Shown here: one piece after another, positions 37,652 to 44,919 of the stretch | Position numbering within the stretch: position 1 is the stretch's first letter | How the letters are laid out: the number at the start of each line of letters is the position of its first letter | Source of the DNA: a virus | DNA: 64,000 nucleotides | Virus record (IMG/VR): IMGVR_UViG_3300045988_139374 | Coordinates: 128,001-192,000 of that record | Strand: one strand, 5' to 3' | Position numbers and translations under genes: made by a program | The notes under the pieces: generated by a model | The model's database searches: none | What the model was told of the DNA's origin: nothing | What the model saw: the letters and a program-made list of their open reading frames with translations, nothing else

Positions 37652-38938
37652 ATGATTATTGATTTTAGTAATGAAGATTGGGGCGAAAATCCCTGTGAAT
37701 ATACTGAAGGAAAATTAGATTCTATTGCAGATCCAGATAAATTATATCAATCTTATAGAAAAGCTTCTAAACCAATTTATTATAAAGCATCTACTCAAAG
37801 ATATGGATTAAATCTATTATCTAATATTGCTATTGCAAATGAAGCATTAAATAATGGATCTTATAAAATTGGAGATCCATATGAATTTATTCTCACAGAA
37901 CGCGGTAGAATTAGATATGTAAAAGCATTATATATGTTTGATCAAGTAGTGCAGAGATCTTTCAATGATAATGTATTAAATCCTGCTATTGCTAATAAGA
38001 TGATTTATGATAATGGAGCTTGTGTAAAAGGAAAAGGTGTTGCTTTTACAAGAATGAGATTTAAGCAGCATCTACAACAAGCATATTATCAATTTGGATA
38101 TGATGGTTATATAATGATCATCGATTTTTCTAAATATTTTGATAATATTCTTCATCAAGAAGCTTTAAAACAATTCGAACCTCTATTAACGCCAGAAGAA
38201 TACAATTTTCTTAAAATTACTTTTGATACATTCAAACTAGATGTATCTTATATGTCAGATGCAGAATATCTAGAAGCTAGAGATTCTCTGTTTAATCTTC
38301 TAGAATATTCTATGATGGCAAAAGAAAATTTCAAAGGATTAAAGCTTCTTGAAAAGTCTGTTGGAATTGGTAATCAAACTTCTCAAGGAACTGGAATGTA
38401 CTATCCTCATGAAATAGACAATTATGTGACTATAGTAAGAGGATATGGATTATATGGAAGGCATATGGATGATACATATGTATTTGCTAAAACTAAAGAA
38501 GAATTACAACAACTTCTTGAAGAAATAAAAGAATTGTGTAAGAATCTTGGAATTCATATTAATCTTAAGAAAACTAGAATAGAACCCATCAAGAATACAA
38601 TTTCATATCTTAAAATAAATTATAAAATTATTGAAACTGGAAGAGTATTTGAATTAGTCCCAAATAAAGTATTTAAAAGAGAAAAAGATAAATTAACAAA
38701 ATATAGGGATCTTTGCATTCAATATAAAATGACTGCTATTACAGTTCTTCAATGTTATCTTAGTTGGAGAGGTGTATATAATAAATTTGATTCTAAAAGA
38801 AAAATATATGCACTGGATTGCTATTTTAAAGATCTTTATTGTTTAGGATTTAGAGATACAAATCTATATGATTTGTTGCATTTCTATATGCGTGTAGAAA
38901 GAGAGAAATTAAATAACTATCCAGTCATGAAATATTAA
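37652..38938 (+). CDS. DGR reverse transcriptase
   Basis: IGNQTSQ (the DGR-RT hallmark) and YGRHMDDTYVF (YxDD box). No SD before the ATG. Confidence 0.85.
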   Translation: MIIDFSNEDWGENPCEYTEGKLDSIADPDKLYQSYRKASKPIYYKASTQRYGLNLLSNIAIANEALNNGSYKIGDPYEFILTERGRIRYVKALYMFDQVVQRSFNDNVLNPAIANKMIYDNGACVKGKGVAFTRMRFKQHLQQAYYQFGYDGYIMIIDFSKYFDNILHQEALKQFEPLLTPEEYNFLKITFDTFKLDVSYMSDAEYLEARDSLFNLLEYSMMAKENFKGLKLLEKSVGIGNQTSQGTGMYYPHEIDNYVTIVRGYGLYGRHMDDTYVFAKTKEELQQLLEEIKELCKNLGIHINLKKTRIEPIKNTISYLKINYKIIETGRVFELVPNKVFKREKDKLTKYRDLCIQYKMTAITVLQCYLSWRGVYNKFDSKRKIYALDCYFKDLYCLGFRDTNLYDLLHFYMRVEREKLNNYPVMKY

Positions 38939-38943
38939 AATAC

Positions 38944-38980
38944 TAGGTAAGGAATTTATTTCCTTACCTATTTTATTTTT
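38944..38980 (+). terminator. rho-independent terminator
   Basis: 10-bp stem TAGGTAAGGA / TCCTTACCTA followed by TTTTATTTTT. Confidence 0.7.
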
Positions 38981-39026
38981 AATTTTTTATTTGACAATTA
39001 ATTACTAAATTTAAGGAGGCTTATAT

Positions 39027-39617
39027 ATGTCCGACAAACGTACTGATTACATTTCTAAAGATCAAATGTATATGGGAATTGCTCAACTTGCTGCAATGAG
39101 ATCTAAAGATCCTAATTCTCAAGTTGGTGCAGTTTTTGTATCTTCTAATGATCGTATCCTTAGCATTGGTTATAATGGATTTCCTAATGGAATTTCTGAT
39201 GATGAATTCCCTTGGGCAAGAGAAGCTGAATCTGAAGAGAATACTAAATATCCTTATGTAGTTCATGCAGAAGAAAATGCTATTCTTAACTTCCGTGGAG
39301 ACCTTTCTGCTTTTAAAGGCTCTACTCTTTACGTAACAATGTTTCCTTGCCATAACTGTACGAAGGCTCTTATTCAAGTTGGCGTTAAGCATATTTATTA
39401 TGGTATTAATAAATATCCTGATACGGCAGATTTTAGAGAAGCTACTAGAATGCTTGATGCTGTTGGAATCAAGTATGAACAACTGGTCAATGATATGATT
39501 ATTATATCAACAAAAGATTTTATTGATGCTTTTAATAATCTATCAGATAAATCAAGAGATTTAACAGATCTAACAGGGTTTGTTGATAGGATGAATTTTC
39601 CTGAGTATTATAAATAA
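39027..39617 (+). CDS. dCMP deaminase (ComEB/T4 Cd-like) with a C-terminal extension
   Basis: HAEENAI and PCHNCTKALIQVG zinc-binding motifs. AAGGAGG upstream. Confidence 0.8.
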   Translation: MSDKRTDYISKDQMYMGIAQLAAMRSKDPNSQVGAVFVSSNDRILSIGYNGFPNGISDDEFPWAREAESEENTKYPYVVHAEENAILNFRGDLSAFKGSTLYVTMFPCHNCTKALIQVGVKHIYYGINKYPDTADFREATRMLDAVGIKYEQLVNDMIIISTKDFIDAFNNLSDKSRDLTDLTGFVDRMNFPEYYK

Positions 39618-39747
39618 TTCTTAAAATTTCTTTTGAGGATATATTATAATATTGATAGAAAGGAGTGGTAATATGATTAGGCCACCGTAACAATAGTATT
39701 CTTAAATCTCCAAAAGTATAAAATCACTAAGGAGGATAATTTCAAAC

Positions 39748-41463
39748 ATGGAAAACAATAATGTCAATCTATCTAAATATGGATATCAAGAGCAAAGATA
39801 TCCTATTGATACTACTGGCTATAAGCAACTTCATGACTATAACATCGAGTATCAGATGGCACATCAGAAGGAGTTTAACTTCCTTCAGCCTCTTCCTAAT
39901 GATCTTATGTCTACTACTAAGACATATCCTCATTCTGATGAGTTTGAGTTTTCTGGACAGCTTGAAATCATTAATTATGATAAAGCTTGTGAAGAAGACC
40001 TTAGGGAAGGAAATGGTTTTATTGTAGAACCAGCTGGTAGAAATATCAAGAAAGATCTTCATGCTGAGGATGGTATTTTCTCTCCTAAGTTTGGACAAAC
40101 CTTGGCTGATACTAATCCTTTTATGGATCGTTATCGTTGTCGGTGTAAAGAAGGAGGGCTTCGTGGCCGTAATAATGCCGGTTTGCGTTGTCCAAAATGT
40201 GGTCATCTATGTTCTTATGTAGATGATAATTTTAATTATCGTGGATGGATTAAACTTTCTGAGCCTTATAAGTTTATTCATCCTACCTTCTACACTTATA
40301 TCGATTCTATCCTTGGTAAAGGTATCTATATCCAGGGTAATAAGCGTACTAAGCTTGAAAATATTCTTGACGTTACTGATACTCAATTGGTTCTTAATTC
40401 TATTAAGATTGATGATCCCAAACTTAAAGATGAACCGTTCTTTGGTATTGGAATGATTGCTTTTGTCGAACGCTTTGATGAGATCATGGATTATTATATC
40501 AAGAAGCGCCCTAATAAGCGTAATTATTATGATGCCATTTATCAGTCTCGTGATTCTGTATTTTCATCTTCGCTTCCTGTCATCACTACATTGCTTCGTC
40601 CGTTCGATATAGATGGCAACAACATGACCTATGAGCCAACGAATGCAATGTATACAATGATTAATAAACTTGCTACTTCTATTAATAAGAATAAAACTGC
40701 TATCCAGAGAGAACCTAAAATCAAGAACCAGCAGCTTTATAATCTTCAAAAGAAGTTTATGGAAATTTATGCTGAACAAATTTCTATTCTAGCAGGTAAG
40801 AAGGGAGATTTTAGATGTCTACTTGGTGGACGTTATAACTTCTCTTCTCGTTGTGTTATTGTTCAAAATCCTAATCTTCGTATTGATGAGATTACTATGC
40901 CTGCTGTAGCATTGACTGTTATGCTTGAGCAAAGAATTAAAAATATTCTCTGCCGTATGCATGGTATGACTCCTACACAAGCACATGATATTTGGTATAA
41001 AGCTACTATTGAGCCTAATAAACGTATAAATACCATTATTCAATCCATCATCGATGATTTTAAACACAAAGGCATGCGTGGGCTTCCGGTTATCATTGGA
41101 CGAAATCCTACACTTGCTTATGGCTCTATTCTGCAAATGTTCTGTGTTGGGATTACTGATTCTTATACCTTAGCAGTTCCTCTACAGATCTTAAAATTCT
41201 TGGCTGCTGACTTCGACGGCGACGTTATATATTGCTTGGTTCCGATGAATCAGACTTTTATTCGTCTTGCTTGGGAAAAATTCAATCCTAGGAATGCTAT
41301 GTATATTTCTAGAGATAATGGATATTTCAATCCCAATGCATTGATGCAAAGAGATACACTTATTAATGCTAATACTTTAGCAAGATTAGGAAGGGAGAAT
41401 TACACACAAGAAGATCTTAATAAGTTCGATAGAATTCAGAAAGCTATTAAAGCAGCTGGTTAA
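39748..41463 (+). CDS. multisubunit RNA polymerase beta-prime-like subunit, N-terminal fragment
   Basis: Zn-ribbon CRCKEGG..CPKCGH. LLGGRYNFSSRCVIVQNP (compare LLGKRVDYSGRSVIV). IIGRNPTLAYGSILQ (compare NRAPTLHRLGIQ). AADFDGD metal-binding motif. The ORF ends ~85 aa after DFDGD. Confidence 0.75.
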   Translation: MENNNVNLSKYGYQEQRYPIDTTGYKQLHDYNIEYQMAHQKEFNFLQPLPNDLMSTTKTYPHSDEFEFSGQLEIINYDKACEEDLREGNGFIVEPAGRNIKKDLHAEDGIFSPKFGQTLADTNPFMDRYRCRCKEGGLRGRNNAGLRCPKCGHLCSYVDDNFNYRGWIKLSEPYKFIHPTFYTYIDSILGKGIYIQGNKRTKLENILDVTDTQLVLNSIKIDDPKLKDEPFFGIGMIAFVERFDEIMDYYIKKRPNKRNYYDAIYQSRDSVFSSSLPVITTLLRPFDIDGNNMTYEPTNAMYTMINKLATSINKNKTAIQREPKIKNQQLYNLQKKFMEIYAEQISILAGKKGDFRCLLGGRYNFSSRCVIVQNPNLRIDEITMPAVALTVMLEQRIKNILCRMHGMTPTQAHDIWYKATIEPNKRINTIIQSIIDDFKHKGMRGLPVIIGRNPTLAYGSILQMFCVGITDSYTLAVPLQILKFLAADFDGDVIYCLVPMNQTFIRLAWEKFNPRNAMYISRDNGYFNPNALMQRDTLINANTLARLGRENYTQEDLNKFDRIQKAIKAAG

Positions 41464-41591
41464 TGCTAAATGCGCAATAGTAGTAGCCAGCATTTCTGAA
41501 TGAATGCTATACTCTATCATTGATATTATCAGTATATAGGCAGTACTGATGATATAAGTCAATCTCCTATTTTATAAATCTCTTAAAGAGG

Positions 41592-41634
41592 GCCGGTAGA
41601 GATTTGATTCTCTACCGGCTTTTCTTTTTTTTTT
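41592..41634 (+). terminator. rho-independent terminator
   Basis: 10-bp stem GCCGGTAGAG / CTCTACCGGC followed by a long T-run. Confidence 0.75.
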
Positions 41635-41641
41635 ATTTATT

Positions 41642-41875
41642 TTAGATATAAAATATTCTTACATTATATTTTACTATAGAAATAAGTTGTTTATTTAGAT
41701 CGATATTAAATGTAACGATTACATAATTTAAATAATCAGGGACGTAATATATGGCAACATATGGAAATCCAGAGATTGAATTTATGTCTGCACATATTGC
41801 AGATATTACAATTATATTGTTAAATGATTTCATTTCTGAAATATACATATCTCTTTGCTTAATAGAAGCGTCATT
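41642..41875 (-). other. start-less fibre cassette (77 codons), last of the minus-strand array
   Basis: Core at 41867-41873. Reads NDASIKQRDMYISEMK..NVRIFYI*. Confidence 0.55.
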
Positions 41876-42168
41876 TACATATCAAAATACCAACATTTGC
41901 ATGTAATAGGATTTTTACCATCGGTATATATTTCATTATCTGCAAGCCTTCCGACTTTTGTCATATAAACTTCACAGTTAGTAACTTTAAATGTACCATC
42001 ATCAAAATATCCACTGGCAGCTATTACAGGAAATGTATAATATCCAGCATTTCCTTTTGGATATAGTATTGGCATTGCTTGAATTATATATGCTTTAGAT
42101 AAGTACCCGCATGATGCATATTCACTATATGGAACTTTACAAGTATTAGTTTTAAGAGAAGCGTCATT
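41875..42168 (-). other. start-less fibre cassette (97 codons)
   Basis: Core at 42160-42166. Reads NDASLKTNTCKVPYSEY..CKCWYFDM*. Confidence 0.55.
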
Positions 42169-42496
42169 GTGCTTTACCTTTAATATAAAATATATTAATG
42201 ATGACTTCTGCATTTGATAAAGATGTTTTGTTAAAAGGCATAATTTTTTCATGCAATGTATCAATACCTAGTATATATAATTTTCTGCCAGTTGTCCAAA
42301 TACCAGTATTTGGATCTTGTGTTGAATCGATACTTGTAGATAGGAAAGTTAAATACATTCTAACAGTATTACTACAATATGCATAGTGAGCTATAATATC
42401 ATCATCAGTAACAGAAATATCTGTATCAAGAATAAAATAAGAAATATCATTCTTTACTCTACCTTGCTTCATTTTAATTTTAGTAGAAGCGTCATT
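42164..42496 (-). other. start-less fibre cassette (110 codons)
   Basis: Core at 42488-42494. Reads NDASTKIKMKQGRVKND..NIFYIKGKAQ*. Its TGA stop lies inside the next core. Confidence 0.55.
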
Positions 42497-42506
42497 TATA
42501 TTGGTA

Positions 42507-42767
42507 TTATAGATTTTTTAAATAAAATACAATTAATCTTCTAATAGATGAATGCATTGTTAAAGTATTATTAGGGAATCCTCTTATATCTATATAATAA
42601 CATGAATCATCTTCATCATACCATATATCTACATATTCAGCTTGCTCAGTTTTACCTGTTATTTTAGATTCAATATAAAGTCCAACAATTGGAATTCCTA
42701 AATAAAAAGCTTGTTTACTACTTTTTGGAAGAGTTAATTCTATATTATATATAATAGAAGCGTCATT
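42507..42767 (-). other. start-less fibre cassette (86 codons)
   Basis: Core at 42759-42765. Reads NDASIIYNIELTLPKSS..LIVFYLKNL*. Confidence 0.55.
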
Positions 42768-43065
42768 TACCAAAATAATAATATATTTTTATATTAAATG
42801 CTGTATTTACTTTTATTAATTTATAATCATTAATTTCAAACAATTGAATTATAGAATAAAAACTACCCTTTTCATATATTCCTTGATACATTGCTGGAAA
42901 TATATACTTAGGAGAATAATTGATAGGAAATAATGTTTGATTATACGTGGTACTATACACAGCAAATATTATATATGCTGATAGCCCAGATGGCACATCA
43001 TATCTTTCTTTATATATTCCATTCTCATCAGTTGTTACATCTTTACTCTTAATAGAAGCGTCATT
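42763..43065 (-). other. start-less fibre cassette (100 codons)
   Basis: Core at 43057-43063. Reads NDASIKSKDVTTDENGIYK..NIKIYYYFGK*. Its TGA stop lies inside the next core. Confidence 0.55.
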
Positions 43066-43384
43066 CACTAATATAATAGTATATTTTAATACCAATTTTA
43101 TCTGATGGCTTTATAAGCTGTCCATTGTCATTTATTTTATATACTTGAATTACAATATATCTATTAACAGCATCTGCAATTTTTCCATATGAGCCAGAAT
43201 ATATTGCAGGAATTATATATATTGGAACATTCATTTGATTTACTAGATTTCCAGTCATTGTGGATGTATTACTATATATCGCTAAAATATTTTTATGAGA
43301 ACTAATTCCAAATACGCCTAATGCAATTTTATATTCTCCACTGCTATCAGTTTCCACTATTTCATGTTTAATAGAAGCGTCAGA
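43061..43384 (-). other. start-less fibre cassette (107 codons)
   Basis: Core at 43376-43382. Reads SDASIKHEIVETDSSGEYK..GIKIYYYISE*, paralogous to the 42763 cassette. Its TGA stop lies inside the next core. Confidence 0.55.
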
Positions 43385-43388
43385 CTTG

Positions 43389-43673
43389 TTAAATATAATA
43401 TATAATAATTGAAACATTACGTCCATTACGAGATGCCGTGCTGCCATTAATATCTGATGTATATACAAGAATAGTTCTAATTACCCATTCAACATCTGTA
43501 GTTTTAAATATTTGAATTAATGGAATAGATGAACTGGTATTTACAGCTGGATTTATGTATGCATTTATTAAAATTCCATTAGTAAATTTATATAAGTAAT
43601 CATTGTCATTTAAACCATTTGAATATTTTCTAGGATATACGGTATCAGTTTTAATCTTAATAGAAGCGTCAAA
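43389..43673 (-). other. start-less fibre cassette (94 codons), first of the minus-strand array
   Basis: Core at 43665-43671, with TAA directly 5-prime. Reads FDASIKIKTDTVYPRKYS..NVSIIIYYI*. It contains no Met codon, so it is absent from the ORF track. I translated it by hand and found no internal stop. Confidence 0.55.
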
Positions 43674-43680
43674 TTATTAG

Positions 43681-43704
43681 ATATTAAAATACTAGGTAAG
43701 GAAT
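43681..43704 (+). repeat. 24-nt exact copy of the RT gene 3-prime end plus half of its terminator (recombination scar)
   Basis: ATATTAAAATACTAGGTAAGGAAT occurs at both 38932-38955 and 43681-43704. Confidence 0.7.
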
Positions 43705-43724
43705 CTACTAATGTTACAGTCGAT

Positions 43725-43805
43725 GGTACCACTATAGTATTTGGATAATAAATATTATAAATAAAATTCCCATAGGATTTTTATATCCTATGGGATTCTT
43801 TTATA
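43725..43805 (+). repeat. 81-nt copy of the fibre A 3-prime end plus terminator (compare 34195-34275)
   Basis: One mismatch across 81 nt. Preceded by the remnant coding sequence ..TNVTVDGTTIVFG*. An 8-nt insertion GTCTTATA lies before the core site. Confidence 0.75.
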
Positions 43806-43814
43806 GTCTTATAA

Positions 43815-44393
43815 TCTGACGCTACTAAGAATTTTGGAAATGGAAGTCTAATTAAATCTATTACTTATGAAGGATCCTATACTACAAGTACTGTTTATTC
43901 ATATCAAATCGATGATTGGCTAAAAGTAAATTGTACTTCTACTAATCCTATTAGAACAAAAATATCTAGATTATATGATATTGTATTTTTCTTCGATACA
44001 GATGTTGAGGAGTTAGCTATAAATATGCTTAGACATTTATTTGCTGTTGGAGCTGACTATAAGTATCTTGGTGGATTTATACTCATGAAGAAAATATCAA
44101 ATGAATGGACACCTGGTAGATCTCTTTCTCAGGCTAGCTTTGATTATTTTTTAGGCCCATATATAGAATATGGATTGGCACCTAAACAATTTGTTAAATA
44201 TCGAGTAATTAGAGAGAATAATGCATATTATATAGATAGATATGTTGATACATCAGAGAAAAACTACAAAAATGATAATATTTCCTATCAGATATTATAT
44301 AGGAATACAGAACCGCATAAATATTTAATATATGGAATAGATTTTGAAGATCATGTATCTGATGTTGTGAATAGTAAGCCAGTAGATCAGTAA
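43815..44393 (+). other. start-less fibre cassette (192 codons)
   Basis: Core at 43817-43823, preceded by an in-frame TAA. Reads SDATKNFGNGSLIKSITYEG.. and continues into track ORF 44025..44393 in the same frame with no intervening stop (checked codon by codon). Confidence 0.55.
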
Positions 44394-44404
44394 ATATAGT
44401 ATAC

Positions 44405-44679
44405 AATGACACTTCTAAAATAAAAACAATATACATGGATTAGGTAATGTAAAAACAACAACTAGGTATATAGATAATCAATATGGTAGTTATTATGAAA
44501 AATGCTATTATCTAGCTTCTGGAATTATGGTTGGGTATATGCTTGATCAAAGTACAATAGGATTATTATCTACATTCTTAACACAAGTAGGTAAATATAT
44601 AATGGCATTTAGATATGATAACACTGCAAAATCAATGAATACGATAGAGTGCACTATATCTATGCTTTATTATATTTAA
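44405..44679 (+). pseudogene. decayed fibre cassette (mutated core TGACACT plus a frameshift)
   Basis: Reads NDTSKIKTIYMD then TAG. An 80-codon frame (GLGNVKTTTRYIDNQYG..ISMLYYI*) continues in a different frame and has the family-typical ..YYI* ending. Confidence 0.45.
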
Positions 44680-44730
44680 ACTTTAATTCCCCCTAAACAA
44701 TATATTACAAAATATTGTAGGAGGAATATT

Positions 44731-44898
44731 ATGGACAAATCTGATTTTTATAAAATTCTTTGTTCATCTACACCTGAAGAAATTAATCACTTTATTTCTT
44801 CTAAAGGCAAGATTAAAAATGTAAATGCTATTACATTTTTAGATGATCAAACTTTACAAGATCTACATTCTAATACGGATTCGAATCAATCTAATTAA
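44731..44898 (+). CDS. small hypothetical protein (55 aa)
   Basis: Below the track cutoff. AGGAGG lies 7 nt upstream. Reads MDKSDFYKILCSSTPEEINHFISSKGK.. Confidence 0.5.
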   Translation: MDKSDFYKILCSSTPEEINHFISSKGKIKNVNAITFLDDQTLQDLHSNTDSNQSN

Positions 44899-44919
44899 GT
44901 TATTAGCTCTTTTATATTT

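Larger units (their letters stand above)
36317..38938 (+). mobile_element. diversity-generating retroelement (VR - avd-like gene - TR - RT)
   Basis: See the component features. The gene order is canonical and the VR/TR mismatches are adenine-specific. Confidence 0.85.
34274..44679. other. tail-fibre C-terminal cassette locus: 13 TGACGCT-core sites, one in-frame expression site, ten start-less cassettes
   Basis: Core positions are given as first base on + coordinates. Plus orientation: 34279, 34639, 35582, 43817, and 44407 (TGACACT variant). Minus orientation: 35005, 41867, 42160, 42488, 42759, 43057, 43376, 43665. All are read as x-D-A-S/T-x-K. Confidence 0.6.

Noticed and set aside
42160-43063. 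+1 frameshifting or readthrough at xxA-TGA-C that would link consecutive cassettes into one polyprotein
   Set aside because: Only three of six junctions end on the core TGA; the others stop at TAA upstream of the core. No slippery P-site codon precedes the TGA. The TGA is more simply a by-product of the conserved core read out of frame.
43385-43468. N-terminal extensions of track ORFs over the cassette heads (for example MYIHQILMAARHLVMDVMFQLLYIIFNK of 43061..43468, and similarly 42763..43095 and 41875..42264)
   Set aside because: The extensions run out of frame across the end of the preceding cassette, have no SD, and start at incidental ATG/GTG codons. The conserved unit begins at the core.
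41860-43680. Regularly spaced ~18-nt repeats that might be taken for a CRISPR array
   Set aside because: The spacing is 260-330 bp rather than ~30-40 bp. The repeat is not palindromic. Every spacer is a long open reading frame that continues in frame from the repeat. No cas genes are present.
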